This document shows, one piece after another, positions 54,301 to 60,671 of a stretch of DNA of 64,000 bases. Numbering within the stretch: the first letter of the stretch is position 1; each line of letters begins with the position of its first letter. The notes below the pieces were generated by a model. That model was not told the DNA's origin. It did no database searches and was given only the letters and a program-made list of their open reading frames with translations. The stretch comes from Clostridia bacterium. GTDB taxonomy: Bacteria > Bacillota > Clostridia > Oscillospirales > QAKW01. The stretch lies in contig JAGBEI010000013.1 in the NCBI GenBank assembly GCA_017937065.1, positions 31,333-95,332 on the forward strand, read 5' to 3'. Both the position numbers and the translations under genes were made by a program.

Positions 54301-55269
54301 AATATTCAGGAGTACGTTGCAGGAGCAGTCGGCGGCAAGGTAATTGATACTCATGCTTATATGGCGCCCTTCCTTGACGGTACAACCACATATTTCGGCG
54401 ATAACCTTCACCCGACGGCACAGGGATATACCGAAATGTCGTCGTTTATAGGACGTGAGCTTTTGAGCGATATCAAGACCTTTGACAGTTTAAGCTTTAA
54501 CGGTATGACTGTAACGGGCAGGCTTGAGGCTGTAAGCACAAATACCGAAATCAGCTTTACCGACTGCGAGATTTTACTGACCGAGGACGGCAAATGCACG
54601 GTTGACGCGGACAGCATCGGCACGCTTAACATCGACGGCTGTATATTTACCGATGAAAACTCAAGCTTTGACTTTATCGACGCCGGCAGACTGATAGATT
54701 TCGGCGGAGATGAGATGGTGCTTTCCGACCAGCTTCGCGGAGGAACGGACGCGGACGGACTTGTAATTTCCTCCACCTCCAGCTGGTATGCCAGAAAACC
54801 GCGCAGCACAAAGGCGGTACTTATAAATGCGGTTATACCCGAAAAGGAAACCTCAATAAAAGACGCCGAAAATCTGCTGCTTGACAGCGGAAACTACGAT
54901 TTGGGCTGGTACGGTCTCTTTGAGCTTTCAAAATACGGTATCGGCAATGTCGGAAATATCATAAGCGTCGGCGCTGTCACCTCCGGTGACACAAACGGAA
55001 TTTCACGTCTTACCTCCGAGCTTCAAGCCGCTGTCGACGCACAGGGCGACTTCAGCGGTCTCAATGTAAAGAGCCCGGCAGGTGAGATTTCAACCGCAAG
55101 CGCAGACGTTTACTGGAACGACGATGAGCAGAAATTCTGCACAAAATACACGCTTTCCGATGTTCCCGCAGGCGATACAGCCTATACACTCATGTGGATT
55201 GTCTACATCGACCGAGACGGAAACGAAGTATTATCATGCAGTATGCTTGACGCAACCCTGGCAAAATAA
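45313..55269 (+). CDS. Giant secreted mosaic protein (3,318 aa): 4 beta-helix-like modules, 4 beta-sandwich linkers, 3 SGNH/GDSL esterase domains
   Basis: The frame is uninterrupted. ATG 45313 lies 9 nt after GGAGAG. A signal peptide (MKRFISAVLSACIMLSLIGTGGFSFA) is present. Details are given in the findings. Confidence 0.85.
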   Translation: MKRFISAVLSACIMLSLIGTGGFSFAVPAENPMQGTEYSAMFDSTSDVYGNTFVISPQWQTDSAVEGETDMQFVFSGVTITEKYDKARHFASYDAAAAAFESRYIRDGALTKEIAAAVPSFILAAGTYGGDITVRYSANIYGAKAGINPNDPDFDISAALPTDAWNANPERSGSEGETVISGTVLRSNKNGSSASDLKYEQPLKDAGVTGYTLNIDGVKFTGTTAVLSNDLTYNVGLARTNAVNVYNTIFNGVNYGLSADGDTSRNFNDYTLRNIRVTGLKSDGSGALIRKYPRTVSIEGMNFEQNAGGLYIGGTASNTNDLWWTNCGGARGVSFTVKGSRFADNSVYTLGNFTDNCYLPSLNLTFESSIFKDTTSGKWGIFRADTFSGSGYPTLKLKFTNNTFYGSPDLAYNTILNGNANYQKAAFDIEFNYNRVIGYKSMFMNITSDMDTWLSGCNWSYDNNYVADTFVSADDELGKKPEYLTNSATVNPVNLNSLEYFFDYKMMVGNASLKITGADFEDKVEFFSINNKNLSVSAMLDEGVVIENPKFTASSESAEIGFFEDADKQIPVTSISYDDLGDEGKRVYYLTVTYKNIVIDYLVTFTAKGDTFVFANRFDDPAGVIDKTAALLMNEDGFASGTEVTKMWQNQLWSFTVGVNAFSSVEEARAAGITQMILPAGEYDSVSINGSVELYGEGYAENPNSIPDDRTKEWALSDSWRAAEQTQVANISVEQSATPRDDSGTQIVIKGINLTGRFIDDKRAVSEFKTSVLLENNILGFNRTVSGVTYIFALNNANAQSTDNTVKNIDEFTVKNSRYEFENNSASLRLFAEICPASVTLDGIYFGSGFITLGYPKWRNCVDNGTLEVSSCYFKEYSRSKDMVIALCGHADQCDSTGKTTRAVFRDNVLIDCFNSGHNANSNVAVNIFPGAFTSIDIADNTFIDTQNRLGNILKVQSSAYSPNTSDFSDKISFTGNRVIGLAPFVTVNDATAALTSCDGNYYARYTEDYASAYGSCKLYGVLKNGDCYLDYQKTTKASELDMVIDRELSMVNNETREASVVIGENERYIPKIKSSNGKYLFHFFEDENCCSSVGTLTRENVGSGRAFWAKAVSPSGVSVVYKVYVSVGSFDAKAPDTVGDKNIENPYLFYLGTEDMPVGTVFTMPWQGEDYIFTAGKNAFASISQIINCHEQNSQGTPNVILPSGIYSDEIVVTKTVNIYGENSDDTVLKNEPNTKDAIKIACVGDSITEGIGIDAAQRPASAYPAQLQTILDERYGQGSYNVGNFGWGGSTINVQTNRETTSYTYWTYIYSVQYYKSLDFNPDIVVIMMGHNDTHTQLYSTAEGYKAQYQALIDSYEALPSHPTVVIAGCTSRTASIRRDLLLETIIPMQKELAADNGLIYIDMFSPTNGKEGDKTLFTDGLHCTAAGYNMLATLIANGMEPILGTERAVTTADIKIDADVSDTPESKIKVACIGDSLTYGDKAYKGYPVYLGEMLGDRYEVRNFGECGAIACDESTLKSGTNWCYKNYERYTQSKAWKPDIVILMLGYNDAGGHLTDFHSVNWTGGENSTAAAEFEKDYKALVQEYTELGAQVYIVNTPCSNNASDKNGTSNQARYINPIIERTASELELPFVDIHSFTKPWGTDMYCGTNSAGTTDNTHMSAKGYEAMASFMFDSIFSVFADSYCDDLGEISSSAVIVDLQAPEHQDGDIVSYAWEGEDYQFVWGENAFANIDDAINSANAKGSTSLQALIPENSHQTSWEGDFIITADTTNIKSLEVFGINRRFDPNDKSAASSDPTADWTLNPDWDMYARNGGTSAMNRITFNCNDDNNNVILSGKVKFKGITMRNIVWNSERKEGTAENPRNLNLIFENVLVDFTAASGSGGYLFNLNSPRSNSKTFAADDSLTLRNFRIEKFLYKSGKNRIMGTYGPNNITLDGFYYNGGRNELNGTNYPLAQFGWIQTSPAAKSSEVYILNSNFRNDNVAFNTAPISNAVAANNTPSVYEIKNNVFYNVSGAIVTFPKYYTAFAVEDNYFIQPDGTKSFITNNGSHTDQTVNYNETIGYSARNNTFVLADLSKYSPITLNSVTAPGADLTGSYVAQYTDDYKDKIAGTAPAVGQSDYFYTDFIRSVKNTDLEIVSLGACAYAEKTEIAADTVTLTATGGQVIDDTSVTCKNKNITTAVFADEQLTQPAKRFELPANETGKTYWIKLSYGEFSKVYRLEFLLGTAPAFAENYTDINGIVKNTAVALLPAADGLEDGTQLTARWNGTLYSFTAGQNAFASMEAIYEKFPDEKLQVILPAGKYTKNMYVYGSWEVYGEGYAVNPNNTEGKDRSFNEGWSKNGETVLENANLVIAKEATPETENGTEITVAGIRLTKYINDAQRTQSPYKTTVTLKNNVYERKYLTGAAREFDLRCENNVCQDDEFTNIDEFNIVNLHYINSNPSNQHAMFQELVAPFMTIDGLCIAGSCPTIGYPKVTKAAKETSFTLKNSYFKELTAGSARFAFIASFSGHDQNVASADRTGYKSALLLENNKFISCGNESTGGDTQRFPVQIFPQSYNDISIIGNDVISPADGDYKFIDWATISYSVNSGDYSDRIEFAENRLIGVMPSVYVNSDTELDLSGNYFAKYTSDYDTAALGDIPADTDADFYLDFGRTVKLSDTAPRSDSISGFSVLPETKTAYGYAEADISDFGLSNSHGTSYTVYSDKACTLPVTTLTVESGSASVAYIKAANGSVSTVYTLYIIGVDNISDISAEVDPQQVDGIETPSVYYPSLYGAPDGIVAVARYGGKPYGFTTGSRVVSNVTTMAATSTEILLPDSITEFNETVISGVSLHSAESAVLAGIRTRKMKIAAVGDSITQGVGAGSTTSYPAQLQKYLGTDQFEVKNFGKSAATVQIIGGSAERGYKEFAKTEYEASLAYEPDVVIFALGTNDVYASRWDSNTDYANEYIELIRTYQQLPSKPAVYITTALKRADNLMMNERVEQNLINIQEYVAGAVGGKVIDTHAYMAPFLDGTTTYFGDNLHPTAQGYTEMSSFIGRELLSDIKTFDSLSFNGMTVTGRLEAVSTNTEISFTDCEILLTEDGKCTVDADSIGTLNIDGCIFTDENSSFDFIDAGRLIDFGGDEMVLSDQLRGGTDADGLVISSTSSWYARKPRSTKAVLINAVIPEKETSIKDAENLLLDSGNYDLGWYGLFELSKYGIGNVGNIISVGAVTSGDTNGISRLTSELQAAVDAQGDFSGLNVKSPAGEISTASADVYWNDDEQKFCTKYTLSDVPAGDTAYTLMWIVYIDRDGNEVLSCSMLDATLAK
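49030..49650 (+). other. SGNH/GDSL hydrolase domain 1 of the giant protein
   Basis: Block I is IACVGDSITEG, block II is FGWGGST, block III is MMGHNDT and block V is DGLHCTAAGY. Confidence 0.8.
49711..50350 (+). other. SGNH/GDSL hydrolase domain 2 of the giant protein
   Basis: Block I is VACIGDSLTYG, block II is FGECGA, block III is MLGYNDA and block V is DNTHMSAKGY. Confidence 0.8.
53881..54470 (+). other. SGNH/GDSL hydrolase domain 3 of the giant protein
   Basis: Block I is IAAVGDSITQG, block II is FGKSAAT, block III is ALGTNDV and block V is DNLHPTAQGY. Confidence 0.8.
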
Positions 55270-55288
55270 CAGGCACTACCGCAAAAAC

Positions 55289-55320
55289 AAAGCCGCGGGG
55301 AAATTTCCCCGCGGCTTTTC
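55289..55320 (+). terminator. Intrinsic terminator of the giant gene
   Basis: AAAGCCGCGGGGAAATTTCCCCGCGGCTTTT forms a GC-rich palindromic hairpin with a T-run. Confidence 0.85.
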
Positions 55321-55388
55321 ATTTTACGGCGTATGTATCAAACGGTACTTGCAAGGCGATAATAAATACTGTATAATTCATTTATGAG

Positions 55389-55874
55389 GTGATAGCTGTG
55401 AGGGAAGAGGAACTGATTTTTCTGCTCAAGGAAAGAGGACTGCAAATCTGCTGCGCGGAATCCTGCACGGGCGGTATGCTCAGCTCAACGCTTGTTAACG
55501 TTGTCGGCGCGTCCGACGCGCTGGACATGGGCTTTGTAACATACGCAAACGAGGCTAAAATAAAATTATTGGGAGTGAACGCCCAAACCATCGAGCGTTA
55601 CGGCGTTGTGAGCGAGCAGGTGGCAGAGCAAATGGCGCGCGGCGCCGCAAACGTGTCCGGCGCGCAGGTGGCTGTCGGCATTTCCGGCATCGCAGGTCCG
55701 GGCGGCAGCGAGCACAAGCCCGAGGGCATGGTGTGCTTCGGATTTTTTATAAACGGCAAAACCACGGCATATACAAAGCAGTTCGGCGCACTCGGAAGAC
55801 AGTGCGTGCGAACCCGCTCGTGCGAATTTGCAATCGACACGCTGCTGGAGCTTCTGAAAAACGAAAAAATATAA
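55389..55874 (+). CDS. CinA-family nicotinamide-nucleotide amidohydrolase domain protein (PncC-like)
   Basis: CAESCTGGMLSSTL ... VTYANEAK ... GISGIAGPGG are CinA C-terminal-domain motifs. The start is GTG 55389 or 55398. Confidence 0.85.
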   Translation: MIAVREEELIFLLKERGLQICCAESCTGGMLSSTLVNVVGASDALDMGFVTYANEAKIKLLGVNAQTIERYGVVSEQVAEQMARGAANVSGAQVAVGISGIAGPGGSEHKPEGMVCFGFFINGKTTAYTKQFGALGRQCVRTRSCEFAIDTLLELLKNEKI

Positions 55875-55882
55875 AAACGCTA

Positions 55883-56212
55883 TTGACAAGCATAAAATCC
55901 GTGTTATAATGAATAAATAAAGGCGATGATAAAGAGGATCGGGCTTTGGCGCTTACAGAGAGTCGGCGGGCGGTGTGAGCTGACAGCAGATGAGTCCAGC
56001 GGTCTATGGCTTTTGAGCCGAAGGTCTGAAAACTGCGGTTGAGAAATTCAATTTACGGCAGCTTTAGGGTCTTCCGTACTGCCGCGTTAAGGCAAAGGGC
56101 TTGCTTGAGTCCGATGAGAGGCGTTTTTATTAAGCGCAAATTGAGTGGTACCGCGGGAAAAGTATAATTTCCGTCTCAAGGTCATTTACAGACTTTGAGG
56201 CGGTTTTTTATT
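55883..56212 (+). promoter_or_regulatory. Promoter plus T-box leader (probable Met specifier) controlling metY-metA
   Basis: TTGACA (55883), a 16-nt spacer and TGtTATAAT (55902-55910) form the promoter. Stem I carries AGAGAG and GGTGTGA. ATG-A sits in the specifier position (about 55990). The T-box sequence is AAATTGAGTGGTACCGCGG (about 56138-56156). The terminator is CCGTCTCAAGGTC/GACTTTGAGGCGG followed by T6. Confidence 0.8.
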
Positions 56213-56246
56213 ATAAAAAATTAAATGTAAAAGGAGATAAATATTT

Positions 56247-57524
56247 ATGTACAACATCGAAACCAAATGCGTGCAGGGCGGCTACACGCCGGGAAACGGA
56301 GAACCGAGGCAGGTACCGATAATTCAGAGTACGACCTTCAAATACACGTCCAGCGAGGATATGGCAAAGCTGTTTGACCTTGAAGCAAACGGTTACTTCT
56401 ATTCACGCCTGCAAAACCCCACCTGCGACACCGTCGCGGCTAAAATATGCGAGCTTGAAGGCGGCACTGCCGCAATGCTGACATCGTCAGGTCAGGCGGC
56501 GTCCTTTTTTTCGATTTTCAATATAGCCCAGGCGGGCGACCATATTGTGTGCTGCTCCAGCATTTACGGCGGAACCTTTAATCTCTTTAATGTTACAATG
56601 CGCCGCATGGGCATTGACTTTTCGTTTGTATCTCCCTATTGTACGGAGGAGGAGCTTAACGCCGCTTTCCGACCCAATACAAAAGCGGTTTTCGGTGAAA
56701 CGGTGGCAAACCCCGCGCTCATCGTGCTGGATATCGAAAAATTTGCAAAAGCGGCACACGCGCACGGCTGCCCTTTAATTATCGACAACACCTTTGCAAC
56801 TCCGGTAAACTGCCGCCCGTTTGAGTGGGGCGCCGACATCGTCACACACTCCACCACAAAATATCTGGACGGCCACGGCTCCGCTGTCGGCGGCTGCATC
56901 GTTGACTCGGGCAGGTTTGACTGGACAAAGTATCCCGATAAATTCCCCGGTCTTTGCACGCCCGACGAAAGCTATCACGGCGTGACCTACACCGAGCGTT
57001 TCGGTCTTGGCGGCGCATACATAACAAAGGCGACGGCACAGCTTATGCGCGATCTTGGCTCCGTCCAGTCCCCGCAGTCGGCATACCTTCTCAACCTGGG
57101 AATTGAAAGCCTGCACCTGCGTATGCAAAGGCACTGCAAAAATGCCCAGGCAGTAGCGGAATATCTTGAGGGTCACGAAAAAATTTCATGGGTTAAATAC
57201 TGCGGGCTCAAGAGCGACAGAGACTATGAGCTTGCAAAAAAATATCTTCCCAACGGCTCCTGCGGCGTTGTCAGCTTCGGTGTGAAAGGCGGCAGAGCGG
57301 CGGCGGAGAAATTCATGGCGGGACTTAAAATCGCGGCAATAGAAACGCATGTCGCGGACGCGAGAAGCTGCTGCCTGCATCCTGCCAGCGCCACCCACCG
57401 TCAGCTCAGCGACGACGAGCTTACGGCAGCGGGAGTAACGCCCGACCTTGTTCGCTTTTCCTGCGGAATTGAAGATACGCAGGATCTTGTTGCAGATATT
57501 GCTCAGGCTCTCAAAAACGTATAA
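56247..57524 (+). CDS. metY: O-acetylhomoserine aminocarboxypropyltransferase (sulfhydrylase)
   Basis: 425 aa from the Cys/Met-metabolism PLP enzyme family. The PLP-lysine motif [11 protein letters not shown] is present. Confidence 0.9.
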   Translation: MYNIETKCVQGGYTPGNGEPRQVPIIQSTTFKYTSSEDMAKLFDLEANGYFYSRLQNPTCDTVAAKICELEGGTAAMLTSSGQAASFFSIFNIAQAGDHIVCCSSIYGGTFNLFNVTMRRMGIDFSFVSPYCTEEELNAAFRPNTKAVFGETVANPALIVLDIEKFAKAAHAHGCPLIIDNTFATPVNCRPFEWGADIVTHSTTKYLDGHGSAVGGCIVDSGRFDWTKYPDKFPGLCTPDESYHGVTYTERFGLGGAYITKATAQLMRDLGSVQSPQSAYLLNLGIESLHLRMQRHCKNAQAVAEYLEGHEKISWVKYCGLKSDRDYELAKKYLPNGSCGVVSFGVKGGRAAAEKFMAGLKIAAIETHVADARSCCLHPASATHRQLSDDELTAAGVTPDLVRFSCGIEDTQDLVADIAQALKNV

Positions 57525-57538
57525 AGGACTGTTTTACA

Positions 57539-58456
57539 ATGCCTATTAAAATTCCGGATAAGCTTCCGGCGGTGAAAACTCTTGCAGAGGAGAATATATT
57601 TGTTATGACGCAGACGCGCGCCATAACCCAGGATATACGTCCGCTCAAGCTGCTTGTGCTTAACCTGATGCCGACCAAAATCGAAACAGAGACGCAGCTT
57701 TCGCGGCTGCTGGGCAACACTCCGCTGCAAATCGAGATGGAGCTGATGCACACTCAAAGCCACCGTTCCAAAAATGTCTCTGAGGAACATTTATTTTCGT
57801 TTTACAAGACCTTTGACGAGATAAAAGACCGAAAATTCGACGGCATGATTATCACCGGCGCGCCTGTCGAAAAGCTGAAATTTGAACAGGTGGACTACTG
57901 GCAGGAGCTTTGCCGCATTATGGAGTGGACGAAAACAAACGTACACAGCACCTTTCACATTTGCTGGGGCGCACAGGCGGCAATGTACTATCATTACGGC
58001 ATTAACAAAAAACAGCTGAACAAAAAGCTGTTCGGTGTGTATCCGCATACGGTCGAGCATAAAAAATCAATACTGTTCCGCGGCTTTGACGATGTGTTCA
58101 TGGCTCCTCACTCGCGCCACACAACCGTTGCGCGGAAAGATATCGAGGCGGCGCCGGGGCTTAAAATTTTAGCCTCCTCAGAGCAGGCGGGCGTATACGC
58201 TGTAAAAAACGACAGCGGAAGTCAGATTTTCGTTTTCGGTCATTCGGAGTACGACTCCGACACGCTCAAGCGCGAATACCTTCGTGACAAGAGCGCGGGG
58301 CTTGAAATCAATGTTCCGGAAAATTATTTCCCCGATGACGACGATACAAAACCGCCGCTTGTCAGCTGGCGCAGTCATGCAAATCTTTTATTCTGTAACT
58401 GGCTTAACTATTTCGTATATCAAACAACCCCTTATGACCTGTCTAAAATAGTATAA
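57539..58456 (+). CDS. metA: Homoserine O-acyltransferase (MetA type)
   Basis: [11 protein letters not shown] ... [12 protein letters not shown] ... ITGAP ... CWGAQA are MetA motifs. Confidence 0.9.
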   Translation: MPIKIPDKLPAVKTLAEENIFVMTQTRAITQDIRPLKLLVLNLMPTKIETETQLSRLLGNTPLQIEMELMHTQSHRSKNVSEEHLFSFYKTFDEIKDRKFDGMIITGAPVEKLKFEQVDYWQELCRIMEWTKTNVHSTFHICWGAQAAMYYHYGINKKQLNKKLFGVYPHTVEHKKSILFRGFDDVFMAPHSRHTTVARKDIEAAPGLKILASSEQAGVYAVKNDSGSQIFVFGHSEYDSDTLKREYLRDKSAGLEINVPENYFPDDDDTKPPLVSWRSHANLLFCNWLNYFVYQTTPYDLSKIV

Positions 58457-58466
58457 ATTCAAGACA

Positions 58467-58498
58467 CACAGTATATTTTATAAAAAAATATACTGTGC
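58467..58498. terminator. AT-rich hairpin between convergent genes
   Basis: Stem CACAGTATATTT pairs with AAATATACTGTG (12 bp). Confidence 0.5.
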
Positions 58499-58520
58499 GT
58501 CTTATTATATTTCAAGTATT

Positions 58521-58991
58521 TCACTCTCGCGAGCATTTTTGCACGTCAACGGCAAGCACAGCCATGAGTGCGTGCAGAGCGTTTTGAGGATCATGAACGC
58601 AAATTGTATAATCATCAGTCCAACGGAAAAGATTTTTGGATACGGCGGCAATCTCTGCGCCCAGACTGTCGCGGATGGTATAATCCCACTCCAGCCAGTC
58701 GCCGTCCATCGACCAGCCTTTATAATCCATCGTAAAGGACGGTTTAAAAAACGTAAATTCCTTTTTTATAAAACCGACATATTCATCGCCTATATAGATA
58801 TCAAATTTCGGCAGAAATGTAAAAACCTGTTCCTTAAGCATAGCGACATGGCGCCCGTAGGCGTCAAACACCTTCAGGCAGTGACCCCATGAAAGCTGAC
58901 CCTCAACCGTATACAGTACCTCATCGTTTTCACCGTAAATATCATAGCTGTCAAACCAGGAAAAAAACCGCTGCTTAAAATGCATATACAT
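58521..58991 (-). CDS. LURP-one-related (LOR/DUF567, tubby C-terminal-like fold) protein
   Basis: 156 aa. The pattern F..FDSYDIY.E..EVLYTVEG ... F.I.DA.G..VA.L.. ... F.I... is typical of bacterial LOR-family proteins. No partner gene is present. Confidence 0.6.
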   Translation of the reverse strand: MYMHFKQRFFSWFDSYDIYGENDEVLYTVEGQLSWGHCLKVFDAYGRHVAMLKEQVFTFLPKFDIYIGDEYVGFIKKEFTFFKPSFTMDYKGWSMDGDWLEWDYTIRDSLGAEIAAVSKNLFRWTDDYTICVHDPQNALHALMAVLAVDVQKCSRE

Positions 58992-59017
58992 AATCCGTGC
59001 TTCCCCTTTTGCCTTTT

Positions 59018-59881
59018 TTATCTGTCTTGATTTTCCTTTTTCATGACTGCATTGTAAATTAAGCTTTTAGGCACGCCGCGGTCTGCCGCAGTATGCTTTA
59101 TCGCTTCCTTTTTTGTCTCACCTGTTTTTATATAGTGCTCAACATGGTCAAAAATGCTGAGCTTTTCCCAAAACTGCGGCTGCTGCAAAGCTGTGCTCTG
59201 CCCTTCCACGATGATGACAAATTCGCCGCGCGGCTCGTTTTGCTCAAAATATTCAAGCTGGTCGCTTATGGTCGAGCGCCGCACCTGCTCATAAAGCTTT
59301 GTCAGCTCGCGGACTACGGCGCACCGTCTGTCACCGAGAATGTTCAGAAGATCTGCAAGCGTAGTGCAGACCTTGGTAGGTCCCTCATAAAAGATAAGAG
59401 TGCTGTCAATATCCTTGAGCTTTTCCAGTCTGGCAAGCCTGTTTTTCTTTGTAGTGGATAAAAAGCCCTCAAACGTAAACCGTGAAGTATCCAGTCCGCT
59501 GAGAACAAGCGCCGTTGTAAAGGCTGACGGTCCGGGCACCGCGGTAACCGATATTCCCTCGTCGTAAAGCTGTGCCACAAGCTCCTGTCCCGGATCGGAA
59601 ATTGCGGGCATGCCCGCGTCCGACACAAGCGCGCCTGTTTTGCCCTCCTTGATAAGTGCGATTATTTCCTCACCCCGCCGCCGTTTATTGTGCTCAAAGT
59701 AACTTATCATCGGCTTTTTTATCCCGAAATGGTTAAGCAGCTTCAGCGTGTTTCGTGTATCCTCAGCCGCGATAAAATCCACCGTGCGAAGCGTCTCCAC
59801 GGCGCGCGCAGAGATATCGCCCAGGTTGCCTATCGGCGTGCCGACAATATAAAAATCAAACTCTTTCATAGCTCTTTGCAA
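59018..59881 (-). CDS. rsmI: 16S rRNA (cytidine1402-2'-O)-methyltransferase
   Basis: FYIVGTPIGNLGDIS.RA...L..VD.IAAEDTR ... SDAGMP.ISDPG are RsmI tetrapyrrole-methylase-fold motifs. Confidence 0.9.
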   Translation of the reverse strand: MQRAMKEFDFYIVGTPIGNLGDISARAVETLRTVDFIAAEDTRNTLKLLNHFGIKKPMISYFEHNKRRRGEEIIALIKEGKTGALVSDAGMPAISDPGQELVAQLYDEGISVTAVPGPSAFTTALVLSGLDTSRFTFEGFLSTTKKNRLARLEKLKDIDSTLIFYEGPTKVCTTLADLLNILGDRRCAVVRELTKLYEQVRRSTISDQLEYFEQNEPRGEFVIIVEGQSTALQQPQFWEKLSIFDHVEHYIKTGETKKEAIKHTAADRGVPKSLIYNAVMKKENQDR

Positions 59882-60645
59882 TCATAAATCTTATTGCACT
59901 CCCCTGTATAGCTGCCATCTTCATTATAAATGACAAGATTTTTATCAACCTTAAGATAAGGCGGCGCGCCTTTCACTGCGCTTATCAGAACAAGGTTGGG
60001 CGCCTCTGCCGCCTTGGACTGAACAAACCTCAAAACTCTCGGCTCCAGACCGTTTGCACGCAGCGCGCATAAAATATCGCATACACGCGACGGACGGTGT
60101 ATCATATACATACTGCCGCCCGTTTTCAGTAGGTACGCGCAGGCGCGCGCAATATCGTTTATATCACAGAGCGTTTCACGGCGTGCGGCGTTTTTAACAG
60201 GGTTTGGGCAGTCGATGCCGTGCCCGTTTTTTTCATACGGCGGATTAATTGTGAGCACATCAAAGCTGCCGCGCCGAAACGACCTGTCAATGGATTTTAT
60301 ATCGGCACTTACAATATCAATGCGGTCTTCACAGCCGTTAAACCGCGCAGTTTTGCGCATAAGCGAACAAAAATAATCAAAATATTCCACTGCGGTAATT
60401 TTTTTCAAATCCCCGCGGGCAAGATATAAAAACGGGATAATTCCGCTGCCGCTGCAAAGGTCAATAACCCTGTCAGACGGCGAAAACCGCGCAAAGCCCG
60501 CCAGCAGTACGGCGTCTATCCCAAAGCAAAACAGCTTTGAATTCTGACGGATTTTCCAGCCGTTTATATTGAGTTCATCCATGCGTTCGGCGTCTGTATC
60601 AATAAATTCGCCAAACGCCTGCTTTTCAGTGTTATCTTCAGTCAA
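59866..60645 (-). CDS. SAM-dependent methyltransferase, tRNA1(Val) (adenine37-N6)-methyltransferase-like
   Basis: The SAM motif VIDLCSGSG and the catalytic NPPY (LTINPPYEK) are present. The gene shows conserved pairing with rsmI, as in yabB-yabC. Confidence 0.8.
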   Translation of the reverse strand: MTEDNTEKQAFGEFIDTDAERMDELNINGWKIRQNSKLFCFGIDAVLLAGFARFSPSDRVIDLCSGSGIIPFLYLARGDLKKITAVEYFDYFCSLMRKTARFNGCEDRIDIVSADIKSIDRSFRRGSFDVLTINPPYEKNGHGIDCPNPVKNAARRETLCDINDIARACAYLLKTGGSMYMIHRPSRVCDILCALRANGLEPRVLRFVQSKAAEAPNLVLISAVKGAPPYLKVDKNLVIYNEDGSYTGECNKIYDCKEL

Positions 60646-60671
60646 ACTGTCTGTCCTCTTGAATTTCGAAT

